In this document: piece after piece, positions 1 through 10,136 of the stretch
How positions within the stretch are numbered: the stretch's first letter is position 1
Layout of the letters: each line of letters begins with the position of its first letter
Origin: an uncultured Verrucomicrobiae bacterium
GTDB taxonomy: Bacteria > Verrucomicrobiota > Verrucomicrobiia > Chthoniobacterales > UBA10450
Reading direction: 5' to 3'
Assembly (NCBI GenBank): GCA_963815455.1
Contig: CAWFGO010000001.1
Location: forward strand, 1,472,001-1,536,000
Length of the DNA stretch: 64,000 bases
Notes under the pieces: generated by a model
Told to the model about the DNA's origin: nothing
Database searches by the model: none
The model's input: the letters and a program-made list of their open reading frames with translations, nothing else
Translations under genes and position numbers: made by a program

Positions 1-1121
1 CTGTGGCTATCGCAAGCAGGATCGGCTATCCGGTGCTGGTTAGGCCCTCGTTCGTTCTCGGCGGCCGGGCCATGGAGCTGGTTTACGCCGAAGAAGATCT
101 CCGTCGCTACATGGCGAACGCGATTGAAGCCAGCCCGGAGCGGCCGGTGCTGGTCGATCGGTTCCTGGAAGACGCCTTCGAGGTCGATGTCGATTGTATT
201 TCCGATGGCGAAACGACCGTGATTGGCGCGATCATGGAGCACATCGAGCAGGCCGGGATTCATAGCGGCGACAGCGCCTGCGTGATCCCGACCTTTTCTC
301 TGGCCAAGAAAGTGATCGACGAGATTTCATCGGCGACCAAGGCAATGGCGCGCGAACTAAAAGTGCGTGGACTGATGAACGTGCAGTTCGCGGTGAAAGG
401 TGAGGATGTCTACGTGTTGGAAGTAAATCCCCGCGCGTCGCGCACAGTGCCGTTCGTGAGCAAGGCGATCGGCGTTCCGCTGGCCAAGCTCGCCGCCAAG
501 GTGATGGTCGGGAAATCTTTGCGCGAGCTCGGGTTTACCGCGGAAATTGTTCCCAAACATTTTTCGGTAAAAGAAGCCGTTTTCCCCTTTCTGCGCTATC
601 AAGGCATCGATATCTCACTCGGGCCGGAAATGAAATCGACCGGGGAAGTAATGGGGATCGATGTCGATCTTGGCCTGGCCTATGCCAAATCTCAGATGGC
701 CGCGCCGCCGCGCTTGCCCAAAGGCGGCAGTGTCTTCGTCAGCGTCAAGGATAGCGACAAGGAAGTGGTTATTCCGGTGGTGCGCGAATTTGTCGATCTC
801 GGCTTTGGCATCATCGCCACCAGCGGTACCGCCGCTGCGCTGGCCAAGGCGAAAATCCCGGTCCAAAACGTTTTCAAGGTTCGCGAAGGCCGGCCAAACG
901 TTCTTGATCGGGTCAAGAACGGCGACATCACGTTCATCCTCAATACGCCGAGCGGAAAAATTCCCCGCGAAGACGAAGTCCGGATTCGTAACGCCGCCCT
1001 GGCCCAAAAAATTCCGATCATGACGACCGTTCGCGCCGCCCAGGCCAGCGCCAACGGCATTCGCTCGCTGCAAAAGAGCAAGGTCGGCGTACGAAGCCTG
1101 CAGGAATACCATGGCAAATGA
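1..1121 (+). CDS. carB: Carbamoyl-phosphate synthase large subunit, C-terminal part (5' truncated by window)
   Basis: IGYPVLVRPSFVLGGRAM, EVNPRASRTVPF, LGPEMKSTGEVMG and a C-terminal MGS domain. Confidence 0.97.
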   Translation, partial: VAIASRIGYPVLVRPSFVLGGRAMELVYAEEDLRRYMANAIEASPERPVLVDRFLEDAFEVDVDCISDGETTVIGAIMEHIEQAGIHSGDSACVIPTFSLAKKVIDEISSATKAMARELKVRGLMNVQFAVKGEDVYVLEVNPRASRTVPFVSKAIGVPLAKLAAKVMVGKSLRELGFTAEIVPKHFSVKEAVFPFLRYQGIDISLGPEMKSTGEVMGIDVDLGLAYAKSQMAAPPRLPKGGSVFVSVKDSDKEVVIPVVREFVDLGFGIIATSGTAAALAKAKIPVQNVFKVREGRPNVLDRVKNGDITFILNTPSGKIPREDEVRIRNAALAQKIPIMTTVRAAQASANGIRSLQKSKVGVRSLQEYHGK

Positions 1122-1233
1122 CGAAATCCGAAATCCGAATAACGAATGTCGAAATAGCCCAAATCCTTTAGGCCGCTCTACGGGATGTCTCGACTTCGCT
1201 CGACATGACAGCGCGTTCATGCCACTTGTCAGA

Positions 1234-1839
1234 ATGAAATTGTCGATCTTGCTGGCTTTACTATTGGGTTCAGTGGTCTTCGCCGCCGAAGAAAAGAAAG
1301 AAGAGAAAAAACCAATAAATGCACCGAACGAGGTCGCGGTGATCAAAACCAGCGAAGGCGACATGGTCATCGAGTTCTGGACTGATGCCGCGCCAAAAAC
1401 GATCGAGAATTTCAAGAAACTCGCGCGAGAGGGGTTTTACAACGGCACGGCGTTCCATCGCATTGTTAAAGGTTTCATGATCCAGGGCGGCGATCCGCTG
1501 ACGAAAGATCCGTCAAAGGAAAGCAAATATGGAAGTGGCAACGCCGGTTACCAAATCAAGGCCGAGTTCAACGATCATGGCCACGACCGCGGGGTGATCT
1601 CGATGGCGCGCCAGCCCGATCCCGACTCGGCCAGTTGCCAGTTTTTCATCTGCCTCGCGCCAGTCCACCGTCTCGATCATGAATACACGACGTTCGGGAA
1701 GCTGATCAAAGGCGACGATGTCCTGGAAAAACTAGGCAACACTCCGACTGAAGCCGGCCCGGATGGCGCTCAGAGCAAACCGACCAAGCGCGCCGCGATC
1801 AACAAGATCGAAATCGTTCCGGCGAGTTCGGTGAAATAG
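1234..1839 (+). CDS. Exported cyclophilin-type peptidyl-prolyl isomerase
   Basis: FYNGTAFHRIVKGFMIQGGDP, SMAR, QFFI motifs; start placed at signal peptide MKLSILLALL. Confidence 0.93.
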   Translation: MKLSILLALLLGSVVFAAEEKKEEKKPINAPNEVAVIKTSEGDMVIEFWTDAAPKTIENFKKLAREGFYNGTAFHRIVKGFMIQGGDPLTKDPSKESKYGSGNAGYQIKAEFNDHGHDRGVISMARQPDPDSASCQFFICLAPVHRLDHEYTTFGKLIKGDDVLEKLGNTPTEAGPDGAQSKPTKRAAINKIEIVPASSVK

Positions 1840-1849
1840 AATGCCTCTT

Positions 1850-1931
1850 GTCATGTCGAGCGGAGTCGAGACATCCCGTTGTAGAGCCTTAAGATAATGC
1901 CGCGGGATTCCTCGACTTCGCTCGGAATGAC
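1850..1931. repeat. GTCAT...ATGAC palindromic repeat family; also ~1182-1209, 4023-4115, 27828-28035, 40142-40290, 41350-41497, 43280-43361
   Basis: Shared GTCATnnnGAGC...CTTCGCTCrGrATGAC units, usually as inverted pairs. Confidence 0.85.
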
Positions 1932-2799
1932 GGAAATTGCGCTCGTCCAGATGCGCTGCGGGCCAGACCCGGAAGCGAACTTCAAGCGCGCGGTTGAGTT
2001 CATCCGCGACGCCGCGAAGCAAGGCGCGCAGATTATCTGCCTGCCTGAGCTCTTTCGGTCGCAGTATTTTTGCCAGAGCCAGGAGCACAAGAATTTCGAG
2101 CTGGCTGAAGAGGTTCCGGGAAGATCGACATCGGCGCTGGAAAAAGTCGCGGGCGAGCTTGGCGTCGTGATTATCGCATCGCTCTTCGAGAAACGCAGCG
2201 CCGGCGTTTATCACAACACCGCCGCCATCATCGATGCCGATGGAAAATTTCTCGGCAAATATCGCAAAATGCACATCCCGGACGATCCGCTTTACCACGA
2301 GAAATTTTATTTTACTCCGGGCGATCTTGGTTTTCGCGCTTGGGAAACGACCCGCGGCAAGATTGGAGTCTGCATTTGCTGGGATCAATGGTACCCGGAA
2401 GCGGCCCGGCTCACCGCGCTCAACGGCGCGAAGATCATTTTTTATCCAACAGCAATTGGGTGGCATCCATCCGAGAAAAAGGAATTCGGCAAGGCGCAGC
2501 ATTCCGCCTGGGAAACGATTCAGCGCGGTCATGCCATCGCCAACGGTTGTTACGTCGCCGTGGCCAACCGTATCGGACACGAAACGCCCGTCGGCGGCGA
2601 CGGCATCGAGTTTTGGGGACAAAGTTTTGTTTGCGGCCCCGACGGCGAAATCATCGCCAAGGGTTCGGTGGATCAGGAAGAGATCGTTGTGGCCGACGTC
2701 GAATGGGACCGCGTAAACGAGCACCGGACGCACTGGCCGTTTTTGCGCGATCGCCGAGTTGATGCCTACGCCGGTCTCGAGAAAAGAATGATAGATTGA
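1927..2799 (+). CDS. aguB: Carbon-nitrogen hydrolase, N-carbamoylputrescine amidase-like
   Basis: E-K-C triad: LPELF, YRKMHIPDDPLYHEKFYF, ICWDQWYPE; WPFLRDRR tail. Confidence 0.85.
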   Translation: MTEIALVQMRCGPDPEANFKRAVEFIRDAAKQGAQIICLPELFRSQYFCQSQEHKNFELAEEVPGRSTSALEKVAGELGVVIIASLFEKRSAGVYHNTAAIIDADGKFLGKYRKMHIPDDPLYHEKFYFTPGDLGFRAWETTRGKIGVCICWDQWYPEAARLTALNGAKIIFYPTAIGWHPSEKKEFGKAQHSAWETIQRGHAIANGCYVAVANRIGHETPVGGDGIEFWGQSFVCGPDGEIIAKGSVDQEEIVVADVEWDRVNEHRTHWPFLRDRRVDAYAGLEKRMID

Positions 2800-2802
2800 G
2801 CC

Positions 2803-2911
2803 GTAGCACAGGCATCCTGCCTGTGGGGAAAGCGGGCGTCCCGCCTGCTGTCTCCCTCCCATTCCGCGGGCAAGATGCCCGCGTGCCCCACAGACAAGAT
2901 GTCTGTGCTAC
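2803..2911. repeat. GTAG...CTAC REP/REPIN-like doublets; also 4966-5069, 25398-25485, 26828-26893, 32295-32456, 35379-35514, 37398-37475, 44029-44115
   Basis: Hairpins bounded by GTAG/CTAC, mostly intergenic. Confidence 0.8.
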
Positions 2912-2942
2912 AGTCGCGATTGCGCTGTGATAGATTGAACCG

Positions 2943-4001
2943 ATGGACTTGATGACGCTCACTGAAATTCGCCGGGCGGCGCAGGACGATTTCGTGTCGG
3001 CGCGTGTGCACGTGCAAGTCGAAGGCGCGACGCCCAAGCTGACTCGTGAGCAAAAACCCTATTGCGAGCTGAGTCTGGCCGATGCGTGCGATCGCATGAC
3101 TCTGCGCGTCTGGAGCGATCATCCCTCCTACAAAGCGTGCAGCGAAATGACCGCGGAAAGTTTTGTCGAACTCACCGCTGAATTTCGCACGCATTCGCAA
3201 TTTGGACTTGAGGCGCAGAAATGGACGGTGCGCCCGCTGACCGAGCAGGAGAAGAGCGAACTGCTGCAGGGCCCTCCCGATTTGCGCGCCAAACAGAAAG
3301 CCGATTCGGATTTCATCGGGCAAACCGTGAAATCGATTGTCGATCCCCGGCTGCGAATGTTATGCGAAGCGTTCCTAAACGAATGGGGCGAGCGCTTTCG
3401 GCGCACGGCGGCGGCGCGAAATTATCATCACGCGCGCCGTGGCGGTCTGGTCGAGCACACCGCGCAGATGATGCGGGTCGCCAAAGGGATCGGGCCGCTC
3501 TATCCGGAGTTGAATGTCGATCTTCTGCTGGCCGGAATTCTGTTTCACGACTCGGGAAAACTTTGGGAGAATCAATTGCCCGAAAGCGGTTTTGTTATGG
3601 GCTACGACGAGCGGGGCGAATTGATCGGTCACATCTCCATCGGTCTCGAACTGGTGAATTCGCTCTGGCGAAAGTTGAGCGCGGAAAACGCCGACGCGTG
3701 GAAAAATCTCATGCCGCCCTCGGAAGATGTGCGGATGCATCTTCTGCATCTCATCGGCGCGCACCACGGCGAGATGCAATTTGGCTCTCCCGTTTTTCCC
3801 AAAACACCGGAGGCGATGACGCTCCATTACATCGACAATCTCGACGCCCGTCTGGAAATGTTCGCCGCCGGATACACCACCGCCAAATCCTTGGCCGATC
3901 GAATTTTCGATCGGGTCCGCCCATTGCCGGGGAATTTGGTAAAATCGTTGGATAAATTTCAGCCGCCCGGTTCTCCAAAGGAGGAAGATCGGTTACTGTA
4001 A
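2943..4001 (+). CDS. OB-fold plus HD-domain 3'-5' exonuclease (YhaM/Cbf1 family)
   Basis: AARNYHHARRGGLVEHT, LFHDSGK, HHGEMQFGSP, HYIDNLDA. Confidence 0.88.
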   Translation: MDLMTLTEIRRAAQDDFVSARVHVQVEGATPKLTREQKPYCELSLADACDRMTLRVWSDHPSYKACSEMTAESFVELTAEFRTHSQFGLEAQKWTVRPLTEQEKSELLQGPPDLRAKQKADSDFIGQTVKSIVDPRLRMLCEAFLNEWGERFRRTAAARNYHHARRGGLVEHTAQMMRVAKGIGPLYPELNVDLLLAGILFHDSGKLWENQLPESGFVMGYDERGELIGHISIGLELVNSLWRKLSAENADAWKNLMPPSEDVRMHLLHLIGAHHGEMQFGSPVFPKTPEAMTLHYIDNLDARLEMFAAGYTTAKSLADRIFDRVRPLPGNLVKSLDKFQPPGSPKEEDRLL

Positions 4002-4182
4002 TTTTCTCGCAATGCATGCACCGTCATCCCGAGCGACGTCGAGGAATCCCGTTGCGTCAGCTTTAAGGTTTCGCCACGGGGTCCTTCGACTCCGCTCCGC
4101 TGCGCTCGGGATGACAGAAGGGGATTGCGCTCTGCTCCCGCCACGGCGAGCAGGCAGAACGACACACTGCATTAGCAAGGTA

Positions 4183-4969
4183 ATGCGATCTTCGTTGCTG
4201 GTTCTGCTGGCGACAGTCACATCTCAAACTGCTTTCGCAGTTTCTTTCAAGGAATCGCCCGAGCTGGGAAAGATTTTCAAAGACAACGGCGTCGTCGGGA
4301 CATTCGTCCTGTTCGATGTGGGCGCGGACACAATGTTTGTCTGGAATCGAGACCGGGTCAGGCAGCGTTTTATCCCAGCGTCCACATTCAAGATCGCGAA
4401 CTCGCTCATCGGTCTCGACGCCGGCGCGGTGAAAAATGTCGATGAAGTGCTGCCTTACGGAGGCAAACCGCAATGGATCAAGGCCTGGGGAAAACGACAT
4501 GGGATTGCGCGAAGCGATCAAGATTTCCAACGTCGCGATTTATCAGGAACTGGCCCGCCGCATCGGCCTGGAACGAATGCGCGAAGGCGTAAAGAAGCTC
4601 GGCTACGGCAACATGGAAATCGGCAACGTGGTCGATCGTTTCTGGCTGGATGGGCCGCTAAAAATTTCTGCGATCGAACAAACGGAATTTCTGAATCGGT
4701 TGACCGCCGGGAAGCTGCCGGTCAAGCCGGGCGTTATCGAAGCGGTACGGGAAATCACGCTTCAGGAAAAAACTGCCGACTATGCGCTTCACGCCAAGAC
4801 TGGATGGTGTGCGTCAACCAATCCACAAATTGGCTGGTGGGTTGGCTGGGTGGAACGGGGCGACAAGATTTATCCATTCGCGCTCAACATCGACATGTTG
4901 ACCGACGAAGACGCCCCAAAGCGAATTTCCATCGGCCGGGAGTGTTTGAAGGCGCTGGGGAAACTGTAG
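4183..4969 (+). pseudogene. Class D (OXA-like) beta-lactamase with an apparent frameshift at ~4487-4490
   Basis: PASTFK in one frame; SNV, YGN, FWLDG, KTG, WWVGWVE in the next frame; switch at TGGGGAAAA. Confidence 0.85.
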
Positions 4970-5160
4970 CCGCTGGCGCCGCCCGCGGCCGCTGTAGAGT
5001 CCGCGTCCTCAGCAGACGGGCGCCTTGACTGGATCCTCGCGGGCAACCGCGGTCAGCGCCCGCGGCTACAACGGATTTCGTCATTGCGAAAAGATCGAAG
5101 ACGGGATTAGGTCCGGGTATAAGCGCCTTTCCCAAGAGCCCGAAGGAAGAGATACGCGGG

Positions 5161-5544
5161 ATGATCTATTTCCCGCGGATGCTGGACAAGATTCGCCGGC
5201 ACGCCGGCGGAGAGCTGCACGAGGATTATCACAAGAATCTCGGCATTCCGAGATCGGCCGATGGCGCCTGCTGTAATTTTTTGCGCATTCATTATCGCGA
5301 TCTGTGCGAGCGCGTGCGGCAAGGCGGAACGGACGAGGAGATCCTGGAATGGTGTTTTGAAAAAGGGAGAAAGCCGAATGAAGGCGACATCATGATGTGG
5401 AACTCGTTCGCCTCGAAGTTAGGCTGGCGCGATTTTATGACGCCGGTGCTGGAAGAGCAGAAGCGGAAAGCCGGGATCGCGGCTCGATCGGACATCCTGA
5501 CGATTCCGGACTTCATGGATTTCGAAGAGGGGAGAGCGAAGTAG
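5161..5544 (+). CDS. DUF5069-like protein
   Basis: YFPRMLDKIR motif; frame open upstream to ~5119 (FPKSPKEE) without an ATG. Confidence 0.7.
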   Translation: MIYFPRMLDKIRRHAGGELHEDYHKNLGIPRSADGACCNFLRIHYRDLCERVRQGGTDEEILEWCFEKGRKPNEGDIMMWNSFASKLGWRDFMTPVLEEQKRKAGIAARSDILTIPDFMDFEEGRAK

Positions 5545-5562
5545 GCCCACGAAAAACACGAA

Positions 5563-7014
5563 ATGAAGCGAATTCAGATACTCTTCTTGGTATGTTCATC
5601 AGTCGCTACTGTTTTTGGTGAAACCCCGACGCCCACGCCGACCGCAACGCCGATCGTTTTTTCCACGAAAACACTGGCCGACGGCAAACGGTTGCAACAG
5701 GCGGCGTTGAATAGCGATTACGCCTATCGGCAGGTGGCGCATCTGGGCAACAACATCGGACCGCGCTTGAGCGGTTCGGCTCAAGCCGCCAAAGCGGTCG
5801 AATACGTCGCGGGCGAATTGAAGGCGATCGGCTGCGAAGTGCAGCTCGAAAAAGCGATGGTGCCGCACTGGGTGCGTGGTGAAGAAACCGCTGCGCTCGT
5901 TCAGTTTCCCGGCATGGCTGAAGGCACCACGCAGAAGATTGTTCTATGCGCGCTTGGCGGAAGCGTCGCCACGCCTTCTGGCGGGATCGCGGCCGACGTA
6001 ATTGCGGTCAAGAATTTCGACGAATTGAAATCAATGTCGCGCGAGAAAGTCGCGGGCAAAATCGTGCTGTTCAATTATCCATTCGACAAACAAATGGCGG
6101 CGGAAGGCCGCGGCGGTGAAGCCTACGGCGAGGCGGTGGTTTATCGAAGCGATGGCCCGAGCGCGGCCGCCCGTCAGGGCGCGGTCGCGTGCCTGATTCG
6201 ATCGGTCGGTGGCTCGGAATATCGATTGCCCCACACCGGGGTGACCCAATATGCCGCCGACGCTTCGAAAATTCCTGCGGCGGCGGTCACGGCCGAGGAT
6301 GCGGACATGATCGTCGATCTTGTCCGACAAGGGCCGGTAAAGATGAAATTGATTCTGACACCGCAAACATTGCCGGACGCCGAGAGCGCGAATGTGATCG
6401 GCGACATCAAAGGCAGCGAACATCCGGAACAGATCGTCATTGTCTCGGGTCATCTCGATTCGTGGGACTTGGGAACCGGCGCGATTGATGACGGCGCGGG
6501 CGTGGCCGTGTCGATGGAGGTGGCGAACCTGATTCAGAAACTTCATCTCAAACCGAAGCGGACGATTCGAGTGATCGGGTGGATGAACGAAGAGAACGGA
6601 TCGGCCGGCTCGAAGCAATACGCGAAAGATCACGAGAAAGAATGGGCGAACCATTTCGCGGCAATGGAAACGGACGGCGGCGCGGGTCATCCTCTCGGCC
6701 TTAATATTCGGGCGAAATCGGAAGTGAAAAAAATGTTCGCACCGGTTGCGGCGCTCCTGCAGGAATCGGGCGCGGGCGCGCTGGCCTTGGTCGAGCATTG
6801 CGGGGCCGATATCGAGCCGATGGAAAATGCCGGGGTGCCGACGTTCGCGCCGATCCAGGACAGCCGGTTCTATTTCAATTATCATCACACCGCGGCGGAT
6901 ACGGTGGACAAAATCGTGCCGAAAGAGCTGGCCGAAAATGCGGCGGTGGTCGCGGTCGCGGCTTACGCGCTGGCCAACATGGAGCAGGCGATGCCGAGAC
7001 AGAAAGCCAATTAG
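5563..7014 (+). CDS. Secreted M28 family peptidase (carboxypeptidase Q-like)
   Basis: GHLDSWD, GAIDDGAG, NEENG, YHHTAADT; signal peptide. Confidence 0.92.
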   Translation: MKRIQILFLVCSSVATVFGETPTPTPTATPIVFSTKTLADGKRLQQAALNSDYAYRQVAHLGNNIGPRLSGSAQAAKAVEYVAGELKAIGCEVQLEKAMVPHWVRGEETAALVQFPGMAEGTTQKIVLCALGGSVATPSGGIAADVIAVKNFDELKSMSREKVAGKIVLFNYPFDKQMAAEGRGGEAYGEAVVYRSDGPSAAARQGAVACLIRSVGGSEYRLPHTGVTQYAADASKIPAAAVTAEDADMIVDLVRQGPVKMKLILTPQTLPDAESANVIGDIKGSEHPEQIVIVSGHLDSWDLGTGAIDDGAGVAVSMEVANLIQKLHLKPKRTIRVIGWMNEENGSAGSKQYAKDHEKEWANHFAAMETDGGAGHPLGLNIRAKSEVKKMFAPVAALLQESGAGALALVEHCGADIEPMENAGVPTFAPIQDSRFYFNYHHTAADTVDKIVPKELAENAAVVAVAAYALANMEQAMPRQKAN

Positions 7015-7123
7015 GAGAGCAGGAACGCAGGAAAGGGTGGTGGATCGGCCGCTCCGCGGGCGATGCTAAGCAATATCGGCGGAGCCGAGTATGACGAAAC
7101 CGCTACGAAGGTGATATTACCTT

Positions 7124-7783
7124 GTGCCTAAGACGTTCCCCAATCGCGCCGAAGCGGGGAAAATGCTGGCCCAGCAGCTGGAAAAATACGCCGGACGCGA
7201 TGATGTCATCGTGCTCGGGTTACCGCGCGGCGGCGTGCCGGTCGCTTATGAAGTGGCCCGGCGCCTGCGTGTGCCGCTGGATGTTTTCATTGTGCGCAAA
7301 CTGGGTATGCCCGGATTCGAGGAGCTGGCCGCCGGCGCGATTGCTTCCGGTGGTGTGCGTGTTTTAAATGAAGAGGTCTTTCGGGCATTGCCCAACGCCG
7401 ATGAGATCATCGAGTTGATCACGGAGCGAGAAAAGGAAGAGCTAAAACGCCGCGAAGACAGTTACCGCGGCGATCGGCCGGCGCCGGAATTGCGCGATCG
7501 TGTCGTGATACTGGTGGACGACGGCCTGGCCACCGGCGCGACGATGCACGCGGCGGTCAAAGCGTTGCGCCAGCGCGGCGCCGCCAGGATTGTCGTGGCC
7601 GTTCCGGTCGGTCCGGCCGAGACTTGCCGCGAATTCGAGGGCGAAGCGGACGAAATCATCTGCGCGATCGCGCCGCAATTTTTCCATGCGGTTGGTCAAT
7701 ATTACGAAGATTTCGCGCAGACCAGCGACGAGGAAGTGCGCGAACTTCTCGCCCGCGCAGCGGACGATCACGAATCGATCTAA
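7124..7783 (+). CDS. Phosphoribosyltransferase family protein
   Basis: LGLPRGGVPVA, VILVDDGLATGAT. Confidence 0.92.
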   Translation: MPKTFPNRAEAGKMLAQQLEKYAGRDDVIVLGLPRGGVPVAYEVARRLRVPLDVFIVRKLGMPGFEELAAGAIASGGVRVLNEEVFRALPNADEIIELITEREKEELKRREDSYRGDRPAPELRDRVVILVDDGLATGATMHAAVKALRQRGAARIVVAVPVGPAETCREFEGEADEIICAIAPQFFHAVGQYYEDFAQTSDEEVRELLARAADDHESI

Positions 7784-7902
7784 GTCACGACCAATCTTTC
7801 CGGTCGCGAGTGTACCGAAGGGTTATCGGGTGACCAATCGAATCCTCAAAGGATCCCTCGGAGGACCAATAATCGGCCCAAATATTCCGCACCCGTGCGG
7901 AC

Positions 7903-8473
7903 CCACGGGTAAGAGCAGCCCTGGTCGAATGCGCCTGGCGCATGGTCCGTTTCCAGCCGCAATATCCACCGGTCAAAAAGAGGCTGCCCGTTTTGGCCAA
8001 AGGGGCAAAGGCCACCGGAGGGCAACGCAAAAAAGCGATCGTGGCCGTGGCGCGCCGGCTGGCGATGGATTTGTGGCGAGTGCATACCGGACGGCTCACG
8101 GCGCAACAATTGGGTTTAAATATTAAATAAATGAGTTCGAGGGGAACAGGGATGAGCTAACTCGATTAACTCAAAGAGAACGCTTTGGAACGTGGCGTGT
8201 GTCCGGAGTCTAACCTGGTCCGATCCCCGAAAACGTTCGGGGCTCGCACCGTCGCTTTAGATTGGACCGCGCCCACGTTCCGCTTCAGTTGGACGGCATA
8301 AGTCACATTGCGCTGTCAGCAAAAGCATCGACATGCGCGGATAGGAGTATCAGCCGCTGAACAACTCAGTGCGCACCAGAGGCGGAAGCGTTCCAGACCA
8401 ACTCCAACCTCAAACCCCAACAAAACCATGTAATCGCCATCCCCAAAAACTCACCGTTGACACCCTTCATAGG
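7903..8473 (+). mobile_element. Remnant IS110/IS1111-family element: transposase C-terminus, 3' non-coding region and right end; inserted in an attC
   Basis: PRVRAALVECAWRMVRFQP...KKAIVAVARRLAMDLWR (7903-8130) parallels the C-terminus of the 17111 transposase; right end TTGACACCCTTCATAGG abuts attC R'' GGTTAGAC (8474-8481). Confidence 0.85.
8186..8395 (+). ncRNA. Putative bridge/seek RNA of the IS remnant
   Basis: Outer stem 8187-8204/8264-8281, inner hairpin 8225-8242; loop GTCTAACC (8208-8215) complementary to the insertion flank; ATAGGAG at 8341-8347. Confidence 0.65.
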
Positions 8474-8906
8474 GGTTAGACGTTGTGTTGCTCGTGAAAT
8501 CTCGTGCGACATCGGGATGCCTTAACATAAGCGCAAACCAGACTGGGATCGAAGTGGTTCCGAGCGCAAGGCCCAGGGTAGACATTGAAGCAAGCACCCC
8601 GCCCTGCACGTGCACGCCCGACACCCCGAGGAAGAAGATGTCGCTGCAAACGGAGAGCGCGATGCCGACAGCAAGACAAAGACAGAGTCCGATGAGTGCA
8701 AGCCGGGCCCAATTCCGCGCGCGAAAGAGGAAATAACTCAGAGCTGCCAGCAACGCAGAAGCGACGAGAACAAGAACACTGCCAAGCTCGTCAGCCCAAC
8801 CGCGGGACGACCAGATGCCGTAGATGTACAGGTGTGCGCCGACCGCGACAACCGAGCCGCTTCCAACTGACGCCACTGCTCCTCCAATAATCGTTGGCCA
8901 ACGCAT
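8451..8906 (-). CDS. Cassette 26: membrane protein (C-terminus runs into the IS end)
   Basis: Several hydrophobic segments; lies between the attC at 8917 and the truncated attC at 8474. Confidence 0.75.
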   Translation of the reverse strand: MRWPTIIGGAVASVGSGSVVAVGAHLYIYGIWSSRGWADELGSVLVLVASALLAALSYFLFRARNWARLALIGLCLCLAVGIALSVCSDIFFLGVSGVHVQGGVLASMSTLGLALGTTSIPVWFALMLRHPDVARDFTSNTTSNPYEGCQR

Positions 8907-8916
8907 TACGCTTTAC

Positions 8917-9012
8917 GTCTAACGAGACAGAGATAAGCCACGGCAGGGTGTCGTGGCAAACACACTGAACGCATTTCGAAATGAAGCCGTTGGCTTCATC
9001 GATTTGTTAGAT
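8917..9012 (-). repeat. attC
   Basis: Plus strand GTCTAAC...GTTAGAT, imperfect palindrome. Confidence 0.9.
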
Positions 9013-9454
9013 GGTCTGGTCTGAAGACGTGTCGGGTAAGAGAGCCGGTGAGACAAGTAGCACCGCCGACAAGTGCGGCTATGCCACAAAACTCCCAAGC
9101 ACCGTATGACCAAGAGCCATCGCCTGGATACGCTAGGAAAACGCCTGTCATGATGAGAAATCCTGCAGTCGCCCCGCAGGCGGTGCAAATGGGCCAGTGC
9201 CACAAAGAGGATGATGAGGGCACAAAGAGGTAAAGAGGAATCAGAACGAAAAGCCACACGGGAATGATAAAGTATGCCATGAACCAGCTCGTCGCTATCG
9301 TACTGCCGAACACTAAGCCCACATCCAGCGCGTGGCGCTGCCGAATCGCATCGACGAAGTAGGTGGACTCGAGAGCTACGAGCGTCACCACCCAGCCGGC
9401 AAGAACCGCAACAAGCGTTCCAACGAGCTGCTTGAAGATGGAGCGTGCGACCAT
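8996..9454 (-). CDS. Cassette 25: membrane protein (copy of 19241-19699)
   Basis: ATG overlaps the GTTAGAT core; about four hydrophobic segments. Confidence 0.8.
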   Translation of the reverse strand: MVARSIFKQLVGTLVAVLAGWVVTLVALESTYFVDAIRQRHALDVGLVFGSTIATSWFMAYFIIPVWLFVLIPLYLFVPSSSSLWHWPICTACGATAGFLIMTGVFLAYPGDGSWSYGAWEFCGIAALVGGATCLTGSLTRHVFRPDHLTNR

Positions 9455-9576
9455 CTAACGAGACCAAGCTCAGCGGCGGCTACCAGGAGCGCGGCTGAAA
9501 ATCTCTGGAACTGTTTTAATCATGACAAAATATGAACGCACAGCGGTCCGCCGTTCGCTCCATCGCATGGTTAGAT
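9453..9576 (-). repeat. attC
   Basis: ATCTAAC...GTTAGAT. Confidence 0.9.
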
Positions 9577-9579
9577 GAT

Positions 9580-10011
9580 TTAATGATTCTCACCATGAAT
9601 TTCTTTTCCAAGTTTTTCTCCCAACGCACGGCCTTGCGCTGCCGAATCGACGAGCTTCTGATGCGTCTCAGTATCTGTAGAAACCAAATCGTCGCTCGCC
9701 GTAATCCCAAACGAATCGATGACAAGATCCTTCCGCCGATCCTCGAATAACAAAACTGTAGTGTAGCTCGATGTCGGACTCTCGGTCAGCGTAACGGAAT
9801 ATGGAAACTCGGCGGACACATCGAGTGACGAAATCTTTGCGTCTTTGACGGCAACCAAGACGCGCTTGTGTGCTGCAGCTGATATGATGAACCACGCGGG
9901 ATGCCCTTCCATCCGATGGGCCGCTGTCAATTTGAGATCACTGCGCTGATCGCCAGCGAGTGCGAATTGGCCGGTGATGACGAAGAGGAAAACGAGAACG
10001 CGCGCTATCAT
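9580..10011 (-). CDS. Cassette 24: secreted hypothetical protein (copy of 19825-20256)
   Basis: Signal peptide ending ALA; ATG in the core site. Confidence 0.8.
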   Translation of the reverse strand: MIARVLVFLFVITGQFALAGDQRSDLKLTAAHRMEGHPAWFIISAAAHKRVLVAVKDAKISSLDVSAEFPYSVTLTESPTSSYTTVLLFEDRRKDLVIDSFGITASDDLVSTDTETHQKLVDSAAQGRALGEKLGKEIHGENH

Positions 10012-10133
10012 CTAACGAGCACAAGCTCAGCCACCGCTGGCGGGAGCGAGCTTTGCTGCGGATTTTAGTGTTGAAGTCGTCGAAAATCTACTCATCGGAA
10101 CGGCCAGCGGTTGGCTGGAGCGTTTGGTTAGAT
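10010..10133 (-). repeat. attC
   Basis: ATCTAAC...GTTAGAT. Confidence 0.9.
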
Positions 10134-10136
10134 CGG

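Noticed and set aside
4012..5028. 338-aa ORF as a genuine protein
   Set aside because: It is a chimera of a repeat-derived N-terminus, the first third of the beta-lactamase and off-frame sequence after the frameshift.
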